DNA from: Pelagomonas calceolata
Taxonomy: Eukaryota
Assembly: GCA_918797485.1 (NCBI GenBank)
Contig: CAKKNE010000006.1
Coordinates: 248,001 to 312,000, forward strand
Length of the DNA: 64,000 nucleotides
Direction: 5' to 3'
Position numbers and translations under genes: made by a program. This document shows, one piece after another, positions 40,547 through 51,900 of this stretch. How positions within the stretch are numbered: position 1 is the stretch's first letter; every line of letters starts with the position of its first letter. The notes beneath the pieces are model-generated. The model was given only the letters and a program-made list of their open reading frames with translations. It was not told the origin of the DNA and ran no database searches.

Positions 40547-41919
40547 CTACCCAGTGTGCGGCGTGGATACCCACCGGCGAATCCGCGATTCGGCGACGCG
40601 TGCCTCGGAATCCTCGTCGTCGTATAGGATGTCGTACAAGCGGTCGCCGCGAATAGCTGTGATCTTGCCGGTGAACCACTGGTTGCCGCCGCGCGACCGC
40701 ACCTCGACGCGCTGGTTAACCGCGAATGCGGCATTGTAGGATGGGCGCTCTCTCGCCGCCGCTTCCCTCGCGCGGGCGGCCTCGCGGCGCGCCGCCTCGT
40801 CGCGCTCCCTCGCGCGGCGCGCCGCCTCGTCGCGCTCCCTCGCGCGGGCGGCCTCGCGGCGCGCCGCCTCGTCGCGCGCGGCGCGGAGCTCGGCGCGGGC
40901 CCGCTCCGCCTCGCGCCGCGACCGCTCGACGGCGGCGCGCCGCTCGCGCTCCTCGGCGGCTTCGCGGCGCGACCGCTCGACGGCCTCGCGCCGCGCCGCC
41001 GCGTCCTCGTCTTCTCGCGCCGCTTCCCGCCGCTGCCGCGTCGCGTCGCGGTCCTGCGCCTCCTCCGTAGGGCGAGGAGTAGCGCCGACACTTTGTCCAT
41101 TGACGAGCAGGGCGCCGCCCGGGATGCTCCCGAAGCACACCTCGCAGAGGGCGTGGCCGCAGGGCAGGGCCACGACGGGTTCCGCCGTCTCTAAGCAGAC
41201 GGGACAGTGGGCCGAGGCGAAGACTCTGTTCCCACAGGCGCGCCGTGGGGGCTGCGTGCGGCAGATGGGGCAGGCGAGGACCCGATCGCGAGTCTGAAAC
41301 CGCACCTCATGTGAACCCACAATTCGCCCAGACCTGCCCACAAAACTCCGGTCGCCCACGGGGTTGATGTTGAAGACGTAGTCTTCTCCCGGCGGCTTTG
41401 GGGTCTGATGTTCAATGTGTTCGCTGTGTGTGTGACGGCCGTGGGCAGCAACCGCTCATCATTGCCGCGATAGTCCGCGATAGTGCACGGTATGCAATTC
41501 GCAATTGGAGGGACCAGGGCTCCCACGTTGATATACGAGTTGCCTTTTGCAGGGTCTGAGGACTCGGCGTTCGTGCAAAATAGAATGGAGACTAAAGTTC
41601 CATCTCCTGCTTCATTCTCGGACGGGACATCCCTCAGATCTGCTCCATTTACGGTGATTCTCTTTATCCACTGATGGTAACGGGCCCTGGGAGGTCCACC
41701 TCCTAACCGGAGGACCAGGTGGAGCGTCGATTCCATGTGGATGTTGTAGTCACTCAGCGTGCGGCCGTACTCGAGCTGTCTGCCGGCGTAGATGAGGCGA
41801 AGCTGGTCCGGAGGAACGCCCCTGTACCGGATCTTCTGCTTGACGCTGTCGATCGCGTCGCTCGGCTCGACGTCGAGCGTGAACGTCTCGCCCGTCATGG
41901 TCTTGACGAAGATCTGCAT
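40547..41919 (-). pseudogene. Ubl-RING-Tudor gene copy A, frameshifted
   Basis: Nearly identical to 42199-43581 but with a net 4-nt deletion near 41390-41405 (cccggcggctttggggtctg vs cccggccggagctttgggaaactg), which splits the ORF. Confidence 0.85.
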
Positions 41920-42198
41920 ATCGGTGCAGCGCTGCGTCGCAGGGCGTATTTTGGCACCAGTTTTACCACCATCAAGCCAGCATTGGTGATGAGGCCAGCC
42001 TGTGCTGGTAGCAGCAGCAAACGGCTGCCTCGCGAGTAGGTGAATGCAAACGGGCTGCCCCCAAAGCGGCGGCGGTGAGCAGCAGCACGTCGCGATCCAG
42101 CAGCTCTCCGGATTTGCTAGTGTCTTACATGCCGCTAGCGCGTGTTGCGCAAGGAGCAGCCCAAAGGAATTGTCGCACTTCTGCAGGTGTTTAGTAAC

Positions 42199-43581
42199 TT
42201 ATTTATGCCCAGTGTGCGGCGTGGATACCCACCGGCGAATCCGCGATTCGGCGACGCGTGCCTCGGAATCCTCGTCGTCGTATAGGATGTCGTACAAGCG
42301 GTCGCCGCGAATAGCTGTGATCTTGCCGGTGAACCACTGGTTGCCGCTGCGCCACCGCACCTCGACGCGCTGGTTAACCGCGAATGCGGCATTGTAGGAT
42401 GGGCGCTCTCTCGCTGCCGCTTCCCTCGCGCGGGCGGCCTCGCGGCGCGCCGCCTCGTCGCGCTCCCTCGCGCGGCGCGCCGCCTCGTCGCGCTCCCTCG
42501 CGCGGGCGGCCTCGCGGCGCGCCGCCTCGTCGCGCGCGGCGCGGAGCTCGGCGCGGGCCCGCTCCGCCTCGCGCTGCGACCGCTCGACGGCGGCGCGCCG
42601 CTCGCGCTCCTCGGCCGCCTCCCGCCGCGACCGCTCGACGGCCTCGCGCCGCGCCGCCGCGTCCTCGTCTTCTCGCGCCGCTTCCCGCCGCTGCCGCGTC
42701 GCGTCGCGGTCCTGCGCCTCCTCCGTAGGGCGAGGAGCAGCGCCGACACTTTGTCCATTGACGAGCAGGGCGCCGCCCGGGATGCTCCCGAAGCATCCCT
42801 CGCAGAGGGCGTGGCCGCAGGGCAGGGCCACGACGGGTTCCGCCGTCTCTAAGCAGACGGGACAGTGGGCCGAGGCGAAGACTCTGTTCCCACAGGCGCG
42901 CCGTGGGGGCTGCGTGCGGCAGATGGGGCAGGCGAGGACCCGATCGCGAGTCTGAAACCGCACCTCATGTGAACCCACAATTCGCCCAGACCTGCCCACA
43001 AAACTCCGGTCGCCCACGGGGTTGATGTTGAAGACGTAGTCTTCTCCCGGCCGGAGCTTTGGGAAACTGATGTTCAATGTGTTCGCTGTGTGTGTGACGG
43101 CCGTGGGCAGCAACCGCTCATCATTGCCGCGATAGTCCGCGATAGTGCACGGTATGCAATTCGCAATTGGAGGGACCAGGGCTCCCACGTTGATATACGA
43201 GTTGCCTTTTGCAGGGTCTGAGGACTCGGCGTTCGTGCAAAATAGAATGGAGACTAAAGTTCCATCTCCTGCTTCATTCTCGGACGGGACATCCCTCAGA
43301 TCTGCTCCATTTACGGTGATTCTCTTTATCCACTGATGGTAACGGGCCCTGGGAGGTCCACCTCCTAACCGGAGGACCAGGTAGAGCGTCGATTCCATGT
43401 GGATGTTGTAGTCACTCAGCGTGCGGCCGTCCTCGAGCTGTCTGCCGGCGTAGATGAGGCGAAGCTGGTCCGGAGGAACGCCCCTGTACCGGATCTTCTG
43501 CTTGACGCTGTCGATCGCGTCGCTCGGCTCGACGTCGAGCGTGAACGTCTCGCCAATCAGGGTCTTGACGAAGATCTGCAT
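42199..43581 (-). CDS. Ubiquitin-like / Ig-like / RING-type Zn finger / charged helical repeat / Tudor(Agenet) protein, copy B
   Basis: MQIFVKTL...LVLRLGG; CPICR...CPVC...[20 protein letters not shown] repeats; [31 protein letters not shown]. Confidence 0.88.
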   Translation of the reverse strand: MQIFVKTLIGETFTLDVEPSDAIDSVKQKIRYRGVPPDQLRLIYAGRQLEDGRTLSDYNIHMESTLYLVLRLGGGPPRARYHQWIKRITVNGADLRDVPSENEAGDGTLVSILFCTNAESSDPAKGNSYINVGALVPPIANCIPCTIADYRGNDERLLPTAVTHTANTLNISFPKLRPGEDYVFNINPVGDRSFVGRSGRIVGSHEVRFQTRDRVLACPICRTQPPRRACGNRVFASAHCPVCLETAEPVVALPCGHALCEGCFGSIPGGALLVNGQSVGAAPRPTEEAQDRDATRQRREAAREDEDAAARREAVERSRREAAEERERRAAVERSQREAERARAELRAARDEAARREAARARERDEAARRARERDEAARREAARAREAAARERPSYNAAFAVNQRVEVRWRSGNQWFTGKITAIRGDRLYDILYDDEDSEARVAESRIRRWVSTPHTGHK

Positions 43582-43955
43582 ATCGGGAAGCCAAGGAAAG
43601 CGGAACTAGTCCCGTGCCGCGCTGCGTCGCAGGTCCGCTTTGATGATGAGGCCAGCCTGTACTGGTGCAGCGGCAGCAGCGAACGGCTGCCTCGCGAATA
43701 GGTGAATGCAGGCGGGGCTGCCCCCAAAGCGGCGGTGAGCAGCAGCACGTCGCGATCCAGCAGCTCTCCGGATTTGCTAGTGTCTTACATGCCGCTAGCG
43801 CGTAATTAGTTCGCAAGGAATCCCGGCTTTACTCGCAGCGCAAAGTCGTCATGAATCGCAGATTCTATAAGCATTGCTCTAAGTAACCGTACGAGCAGCC
43901 CAAAGGAATTCTCGCACTTCTGCATGGTGCCCGTGGTGTTATTAGTAACTTATTA

Positions 43956-45413
43956 CTACCCAGTGTGCGGCGTGGATACCCACCGGCGAATCCGCGATTC
44001 GGCGACGCGTGCCTCGGAATCCTCGTCGTCGTATAGGATGTCGTACAAGCGGTCGCCGCGAATAGCTGTGATCTTGCCGGTGAACCACTGGTTGCCGCCG
44101 CGCGACCGCACCTCGACGCGCTGGTTAACCGCGAATGCGGCATTGTAGGATGGGCGCTCTCTCGCTGCCGCTTCCCTCGCGCGGGCGGCCTCGCGGCGCG
44201 CCGCCTCGTCGCGCTCCCTCGCGCGGCGCGCCGCCTCGTCGCGCTCCCTCGCGCGGCGCGCCGCCTCGTCGCGCTCCCTCGCGCGGGCGGCCTCGCGGCG
44301 CGCCGCCTCGTCGCGCTCCCTCGCGCGGGCAGCCTCGCGGCGCGCCGCCTCGTCGCGCGCGGCGCGGAGCTCGGCGCGGGCCCGCTCCGCCTCGCGCCGC
44401 GACCGCTCGACGGCCTCGCGCCGCGCCGCCGCGTCCTCGTCTTCTCGCGCCGCTTCCCGCCGCTGCCGCGTCGCGTCGCGGTCCTGCGCCTCCTCCGTAG
44501 GGCGAGGAGTAGCGCCGACACTTTGTCCATTGACGAGCAGGGCGCCGCCCGGGATGCTCCCGAAGCAGGCCTCGCAGAGGGCGTGGCCGCAGGGCAGGGC
44601 CACGACGGGTTCCGCCGTCTCGAGGCAGACCGGACATTTCGCCGATGCGAAGACTCTGTTCCCACAGGCGCGGCGTGGAGGCTGCGTGCGGCAGATCGGA
44701 CAAGCGAGGACCCGATCGCGAGTCTGAAACCGCACCGCATGTCGATCCCGGAAGCATTCACCAGACCTGCCCACACAACTCCCTCTGCCCAAGGTAGCGA
44801 TCCTGAAGATGTAGTACTCTCCCGGCCGAAGCTTCGGGAATCTGATATTCAATGTGTTCGCTGTGTGTGTGAATGCCGTGGGCAGCAACGCCAGGACACG
44901 AGAGCCGTTAGCCAGGACACATTCCCTTCGTCTGTCATCGCCCCCACGACATGTGATAGCGAACGCCTCTACATTCGACGATTCATTCCTAATTGGAGGG
45001 ATCAGGGCGGCCACGTTTATATACGAGTTGCCTTTTGCAGGGTCTGAGGACTCGGCGTTCGTGCAAAATAGAATGGAAACTAAAGTTCCATCTCCTGCTT
45101 CATTCTCGAACGGGACATCTGACGTCCTCAGATCTGCTCCATTTACGGCGATGCTCCGTATCCACTGATGGTAATACGGGCCAGGAGGTGCTCCTCCTAG
45201 CCGGAGCACCAGGTGGAGCGTCGATTCCATGTGGATGTCGTAGTCACTCAGAGTGCGGCCGTCCTCGAGCTGCCTGCCGTAGATGAGGCGCTGCTCGTCA
45301 GGAGGAATGCCCTCCTTGTCCTGGATCTTCAGCCTCACGCTGTCGATCGTCTCGGACGGCTCGACGTCGAGCGTGATCGTCTTGCCCGTCGGGGTCTTGA
45401 CGAAAATCTGCAT
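43956..45413 (-). CDS. Ubl-RING-Tudor protein, copy C (divergent N-terminal half)
   Basis: Same architecture; Ubl closer to true ubiquitin ([14 protein letters not shown]...[10 protein letters not shown]); more EAARR repeats. Confidence 0.88.
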   Translation of the reverse strand: MQIFVKTPTGKTITLDVEPSETIDSVRLKIQDKEGIPPDEQRLIYGRQLEDGRTLSDYDIHMESTLHLVLRLGGAPPGPYYHQWIRSIAVNGADLRTSDVPFENEAGDGTLVSILFCTNAESSDPAKGNSYINVAALIPPIRNESSNVEAFAITCRGGDDRRRECVLANGSRVLALLPTAFTHTANTLNIRFPKLRPGEYYIFRIATLGRGSCVGRSGECFRDRHAVRFQTRDRVLACPICRTQPPRRACGNRVFASAKCPVCLETAEPVVALPCGHALCEACFGSIPGGALLVNGQSVGATPRPTEEAQDRDATRQRREAAREDEDAAARREAVERSRREAERARAELRAARDEAARREAARARERDEAARREAARARERDEAARRARERDEAARRARERDEAARREAARAREAAARERPSYNAAFAVNQRVEVRSRGGNQWFTGKITAIRGDRLYDILYDDEDSEARVAESRIRRWVSTPHTG

Positions 45414-45601
45414 ATCGGGATGCCAAGGAAAGCGGAGCTAGTCCCGTGCAGCGCCAGGTCCGATTTGATGATGAGGCCAGCCTGTGCTGGTGTAGCAGCA
45501 GCAGCGAACGGCTGCCTCGCGAATAGGTGAATGCAGGCGGGGGCTGCCCCCAAAGGCGGTGAGCAGCAGCACTGTCGCAATCCCGATCGGCGGATTAGCT
45601 T

Positions 45602-45625
45602 GCTAGTGTGTTACAGGCCGCTAGC
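45602..45625 (+). promoter_or_regulatory. Paired-CTAG intergenic motif
   Basis: GCTAGTGTGTTACAGGCCGCTAGC between divergent starts at 45413 and 45779; related copies at 40366, 42116 and 43776. Confidence 0.55.
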
Positions 45626-45778
45626 TAATCGAGCCGACGACGCACATCGCAGCCCGGTCGCCAGTGACGGACTCGTCGAAGATTGCTGCACGTGGTAACA
45701 GCACTGCACGACCGCCCCAAGGCACCGCATCACTTTCGGCGCGCACCATGGGCCACAGCCTGAGTTGAGAGGGGAACA

Positions 45779-47639
45779 ATGCTGCGGCTGCGGACGCTGC
45801 TGCTCATCGCGGCGGCCGCCACGGCGACGACGACGACAACAACAACGACGGCCGGCCCCCACGACGGACGGACGGACGGCCCGACCCCCAGCAAGGCCCT
45901 CACGGCCCCCGCGACGTCGGCCGCCGTCTCCGCGGGCCCGCCCCGGACGGACGTCGCGCCGCCCGGACGAACGCGGGTGCGCATGGTCGTGTCCGGCCGC
46001 GACCGGCACACGCAGTTCTGCATTGGGGAGTTGGTGTTTCTGGACTCCTCAGGTAGAGAAGTAGCAGCTTCAAAAGCCACGGCGAGCGCGCCGCGCGCCC
46101 AGAAGGGCTTCGAGCCCAAACTACTCAGCGACGGCCGCCTGCACCACGACTTTTGCAGCGCCGAGCCGACGGGCTGGGTGTCGTTGGATCTTGAGGTGCC
46201 CCTACGCGAGTTAGCCGCGTATAGAATAGGATCGGACTGTGGGGAAGACACGCCGACGGACTGGACCCTGGAAGCCTGCGACAGCTGCGTCCACTCGGAT
46301 GAGGAAACGTGGGAAACGTTGGACGTGCGCACAGCAGAACCGTGGCGAAGTGGGTGTGACGGCGAGTGGCGCGACTATTCGATACAGAGGTGGAGAGTAT
46401 TGAGAATATCATCAGGAGTGCAGGACTGGTGCTTGGATGCTTTGAGATTGAATGGGGAAGAAAACAAACCGCTACGAATTAATAGCGCGAGGCCGGTCGC
46501 CGCGCCGGGCGCCACCGAAGCGTCAGGCGCGCGCGACTTCGCCCAGCGCGCCTCCACGATATCAAGGCTGGTGGGCATCGGCGGCCCGCCCTCGGACAAC
46601 GGGCAGCCGTGGTGCGGGACCGTGACGATCTGTGTGGAAATCAGATTTTGGGCGCCCGCCATCGACGCGATGCTGTACCTATAAATGCGTCTGCTCGATG
46701 GCGTAGAGTTCACGCCATCGACGCGACGTTGTCCCCTTGGCCGCGTCGGCTCGATGGCGTGGAGGTGCACGAAGGTCTCCGCAATATTTCTCAGGATAAC
46801 CTAACTCACTGGTTGATTCGACACAGGTCACGATGGGCGCCTTCGAGCCAAGTATGGCGACGTTCTGCGCGGACCTCGTGCATGAGAAGAGGAGCTGTGG
46901 TAGCTCAAGAGTCCTTGGTAAACGGGACACGGCCTCGGCCTGCGCGCGCTCTGTGCACCTTGATGATGAATGTAGCGGTCAGCGCTTCGAGTTCGATTCT
47001 GATAGTTCACACTGCGCGTGCTGTGCGTCCTCGGCGACGAAGCCCGGCGTCGGTTCTGTGTATGAGTACAACTACTGCGCTTCCCTCGTTGTTGATCTGC
47101 AACCTCAAGGTAGGGTACCTGTGGTAGCCGTACGCATAAGACGACCACAGAACGAGGCGCCAGCACCGATGAAATTGCGCGTGGACGGGTGCCTCTGGGA
47201 CCGGTCTCCACACGATGGGAAGCGGCTCCCCTTCGGCGGCTGCCGCCTCTGGAAGCGCCTCGCGACGGATACGAGAATCCAGTTTAACGGAGACGGCTGG
47301 GCCTTACTGTCGCTGCCCGGCGGCGTCGCCATAACGAAGTCCGCGCCGCCCTCTCATTTTTTCGACGAACTGGCGACGTCGCCCGGAGTGGGCACCGCGC
47401 GCGGCCCCGGCCAGGCGGCGCCGCGCGCGGTCGCCGTGGACCTGGGCGACCACGTCTGGGCGCCGGAACCCGACGGCGTGAAACTGCGGCGCATCAAGCT
47501 GACGCAATCTCATTTGCACGACATGTCGCGGATGAGTTCCGGTAGGGTCGTCTCGGCGACGTTCGCGCGCAATGTCAGTGGAGACACCTTGCTCGGGCGC
47601 AGCCGGGGCGACTCGAGCGTGATCAATATACGGATGTAA
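45779..47639 (+). CDS. Secreted Cys-rich protein with a discoidin/galactose-binding-like domain (exons 45779-46621, 46827-47639; 551 aa)
   Basis: Signal peptide and Thr run; ATAS...LLSDG...WVSLDL...YRI...PTDWTLE...WETLDVR; spliced WCGT|VTMGAF. Confidence 0.75.
46622..46826 (+). mobile_element. Introner intron (GT-AG, 205 nt)
   Basis: TSD GTGACGAT / GTCACGAT; TIR CTGTGTGGAAATC / GATTCGACACAG; two internal CGCCATCGA...TCGATGGCG hairpins. Confidence 0.92.
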
Positions 47640-47869
47640 TGTTTTATGTACACAAAAACTATATACAAAATCAGTAGAGGAGCGTCCCGCTCGAGCTGAG
47701 GTCCTGTAATGAAGAAGACCGGCAGCGGAGCAGGTAGCGCCAGGGGCTCTTGTCCTCGGGCCACGGCGGCAGCGAGAAGGCCTGTGTGTAGATGCCTTGC
47801 GTCGACGCCGTAGCGCGGACGAGGGGACGCGGGGGCGCGCCAATTGCGAATTCGCCGCCGCGAGCGTCG

Positions 47870-48045
47870 CGATGCGCGAAGCGGCAGACGACGGCGAAGC
47901 TGAGACTCGGCGCCAGGCCAAACAGCAACAACCAGACGCACGACGCGGACAAACAACCGAGCATGACGGGCCGCCGGCCGATCCTGTCGGATATCGCGCC
48001 CCAGAACGGGAAGCACAACTGCCCGAGCTGGTATGACGCCGCGGT
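47870..48045 (-). pseudogene. Fragment of an MFS transporter N-terminal half (about TM2-TM4)
   Basis: AASYQLGQLCFPFWGAISDRIGRRPVMLG...LLFGLAPSLSFAVVCRFA (MFS motif A); no start or remainder visible. Confidence 0.6.
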
Positions 48046-48560
48046 CGCCGCACCACCACCACCTACCACGCCTCATGTGCATCGCGTTTTTTCTGGGCCT
48101 CCTCGCCTCGCAGGTGGGCCTCATCGTCCACGCGTGCTTGGCTAACGTGACCTATCCGCGCGCTCGCGCGTCGGCGATGGCAATTCATAGCATCTTCGAC
48201 GACCTCGGCAAGGGCGGCGGTCCCTGGCTCGTGGCCAAATTCATCAAGCACTACGGGCGCCGACGGACATTCGTCTGGACGACTATCATTGCCTGGGGCG
48301 GTGCGGCGTTCTTTCAATACCTGTGCTCGTTTACACTAGAAGCTGACGAGCGCAAGATCCGCGAGCGCGGCGGCGGTGGGGCGGACGTGCCCGTCGCGAG
48401 GCATTCGTGGCTCGCCAAGCAGTCGTCCGCCGACCTCGAGAGCGAGTTCCGCGACGCTGCGGACGAGACAACGTCGCTGCTGCACCGGAGGGATCGCGAC
48501 GCCGCCGCACCATCTCGCTTCGACACGGGGCAGTTCAGCTTTCGTGATGCCGCGCAATAA
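48046..48560 (+). pseudogene. C-terminal fragment of a Spinster-like MFS transporter
   Basis: ACLANVTYPRARASAMAIHSIFDDLGKGGGPWLV...TLEADE; the N-terminal TMs are not visible upstream. Confidence 0.58.
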
Positions 48561-48695
48561 GTTCGATAGACTACTCTCTGAGTTCACGCGCGTTCCGCGT
48601 CCCCCTAGCCCAGCTCGGGCGGCGCTCGGGTCCGTAGCTCGTCGTAGCCGTCTGGATCCATGATTTACGCGTCTGCGGCGTCCGATACGCGTGGA

Positions 48696-48722
48696 GCTAG
48701 GTAGTGTATCAGACACACTAGC
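48696..48722 (-). promoter_or_regulatory. Paired-CTAG intergenic motif (variant)
   Basis: GCTAGTGTGTCTGATACACTACCTAGC on the minus strand, ~195 bp before the ATG at 48915. Confidence 0.4.
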
Positions 48723-48914
48723 TCTTTTTTTTTGGTTTGCGGGGCGCGCATCGCAATCTGAAGCCAGCTCGCCGTGAGCGGTGCTGCCCGGAACAGCGAT
48801 TGTTCTAAAAACTATGAGTTCTGCCCAGGGGCAGCGCTCCCAAAAGCCCTCGACCTGAGCGAGGCAGCCACCAGTGAGTGAGTGCTTGCCCAGCCCTGGA
48901 AGGGCAGCTAGCTC

Positions 48915-51900
48915 ATGGACGGCTACGACTCGCCGCGGGTCCAGTACGCCAGCCCCCGGCGCCAGTTGTCGAGGAGCGGCAAGAAGAACACCATCGCCCG
49001 GGACTTGGATACGCGGACGCCGCGCTACTCGCCTCCGCCGCCTTCCACACCACCGCCCGCGTCGCCCGCCCGACGCTCACCATCACCGGAAGCGCCGTCC
49101 TACACAAGAAGAAGACCGTCGCCGCCGCCCTTCGGCTCGCCGGACACATTACGAAGCCAATACACGGTGCGGACGGGCGGTAGTGCGGCCGCGTGGGAAC
49201 GGGCTTTACATCGACGAGTGGCGGCTCTCGAACACCAGTTGAAGGCAGAAGTCGCGGCCAACGACGAACTTAGGAGGCGCGCCGCGGGCGACAATGTCGG
49301 TGATGATGATAGATCATTAGCAGCAGCCCAGGCCGCGTGGCGGAGGGAACGAAGGGTCTTGGAGAGACAGCTCCACGCGGCTCGAGCGGCGGCCGCCGAC
49401 GCCGTCTCGCGCAAACCCCATCCTACAGTAATGGAGGACGACGATTCCGTCGACCCCGCCGCGCTCGTCGGCCGGGCCGCGGATGCGCTGGACCGAGCGT
49501 CGTCGCTGCCGTCGCCCGTCCCCAAGCTCCGACGCAAGTTGAAAGCGTGGGCCCTGCGGTCGGCCTTCTCCGTGGCGTCTCGCGTACCTTATAGAGCGGT
49601 CGCGCGGCGGTTTGCCTTCTGGCGCGGCGCTGCTACGGTGCCTCCATTATTGGAGGGAGACGACCGCACGTTACGGGTTGTGGCAAGGGTCATGCGGCGC
49701 GTTTTGAAAGATTGGCTCCACGATAGTATGGAGGCGGCGTTCTGCGACTGGGTCGCTGTTGTGAATCGATCGCAAGGTGCCGATTGGGTGACGCGCGTCT
49801 TCTCGACTCACTTCACGCGACGAGGCTTTAGGAGGTGGCTCCGCGCCGCCGAGGCCTCCGTGCAGTCACGGCGCCTCGCCGAACTGACGAACGCGAGCGA
49901 CGTTTCTGGAAAGCGCCAGGCCCACGAGCTCGCGAAGTACGAAAAGGAGCTGCGCGAGGCCCGCGCTCGTCACGCCCTCGAATTGGAGAAGGCCGAGGCG
50001 CGACGAGCGGAAGCCGTCGAGGAATGTGCCGCGCAATTCAGGCAGCGCAACGCCGAGCAGCTCGAGGAGGCCGAGGACCGCTACCAGAGGTTAATTGACG
50101 AGGCCTGGCAGGCGACCGAGCGGTCGCGGGCGCAGGGCGTCGAGAGCGTCGGCGCGGTGACGCGGCACTTTGCCAATGCGGCTCTAGGCCGCTGCTTCGC
50201 CCAGAAGCCTCAACGATGCCGACTGGTCTTCTTCCGGCGCTGGGCCCACAACACGCGCTGCGACGCGCGGTGGAACGTCGCCACGAGGCGCCTGCGCCGG
50301 ACCATAGGAAGGTGGTCCTCGCGCCAAAAGTCGCAAGCGTGGCAGACGTGGGTCGACGTCGTCGAGGACGAACGGCGCCGGGTCGAGCGCGAACGCGACT
50401 CGGCGCGACGGCTCCGGTCGACCGTCGGACGCTGGTGTGAGCGCTTTTTAGCAAGAGCCTGGCGTGCGTGGATTGAGGTAGTGGAGTACGAAACTCTACT
50501 CGCTGCGAACGAGGCCGCCTCCGCGCGACGCCTCCGTAGCTGTATTCAACATTGGAGCCTGCGGAAGACGGCGAAAGCCTGGCGCGCCTGGACGGAAGCT
50601 GTTGAGGAATCAGCGCGGGGCGACCGTCGTTTGGCGCTGTCGGCGCGCGACCTGCGGCTCTGCGTGAAACGCTGGGTCTGTCGCGAAAGGGCGGCGGCGT
50701 TCCGGACCTGGCGCCGGTTCCTGGACATACAGAGACGCCTCGAGCGATGTTTGAAACGGTGCCTGAACCGCCACCTGGCGATGGGTCTGTCCAAGTGGAC
50801 GAGCCACTGCCACTTCACGAAGCGCACGCGGGAGCGCCAGGCCATGGCGTTTCGGACGCTGGAGCGCTGCGTCGGGCGGCTGTTGCATGGGCACCAGGCC
50901 GAGGCCTTCGACACGTGGCTCGCAGCCGCGGAGGCGCTGAGCGCCGCGGACGCCCTCCAGGAGCAGTCGACGTTCTCGCTCGAGAAATGTTTAAGGAAGT
51001 GGCTGCAACGCTTGACGTCGAGAGCCTTCCGCACGTGGACGGCCGAGTCGCAGCGCATTCTACACCGGAAGCGCGCCATGCTGCGGGCTTCCCGAAGATG
51101 CGTGCTGCTATGGGTCCGGGGGGAAGTTGCCAAGGCGTTCCGCCGCTGGTCCGGGCGCGCCTCGCGGCTCATGATCTGCGCGGACGCTTCCATGCGGATC
51201 GAGCGCATCATGATGCGGGCGCTGCGGCGTCTGGTCGCGACGGCGCGGGCGCGCGCCTTCGCCGCATTTCGGGAGGTAGCTTCGAAAAGCCGAGCCCTCG
51301 ACCACCTTGCCACAACAAGGCGCCTCGCCCTCGAGAAGTGTCTGAGGCGGTGGACGAAACGATCGTTAGCAAGGGGCCTCGAGACGTGGTCCACGACGAC
51401 GACCTTCTTCCACAACCTGCGGAGGTGCGTCCTCCGTATCCTAAGGAGACGGCTCGCCACCTCATTCGTCACCTGGTCGGGCGAGAGCTTTCATTTAAGA
51501 AGACGCGAGACAATGTTGAGAGACGCGGCGAAGGGTCTAAGACGGTGCTTGACGCTCTGGCTCCGCCGGAAGCGCGCGCGCGCGTATCGGAAGTGGAGCG
51601 GCCGCTGCTCTCTTATCAGATTAAGGAGCGACGCCATGAAACGCTTGGACCGCGTGAGACGAAGGTGTTTGCAAAGGATACGCCATGCGACTTTATTAAG
51701 AGCGTTGAACACGTGGGTCCATGGGAGGGACGTCTACCGCTTCCTGGAAGGCCATTCCATCAAAGCAACCTCTGCCCTACGAAGGGTACTCAAGAGATGG
51801 CTCCACCGCGAGAAGGCGAAAGCATTAGAGGCCTGGTTTAGGACCGTATCCTTCATCCGAGGCATGGAGCGCGTCGTCGCGCGGATTGTACATCGGCTAG

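Larger units (their letters stand above)
40364..45625. repeat. Tandem segmental triplication (~1.7-1.8 kb units)
   Basis: Coding and intergenic sequence repeat; units start near 40364, 42114 and 43774. Confidence 0.92.

Noticed and set aside
41700..45413. Polyubiquitin or ubiquitin-ribosomal fusion locus
   Set aside because: The Ubl domains are diverged, lack LRLRGG and are fused to RING/Tudor modules.
6369..48722. Paired-CTAG motif as a CRISPR repeat or rho-independent terminator
   Set aside because: Dispersed singly rather than arrayed; stem only 5-6 bp with no U-tract; associated with 5' ends.
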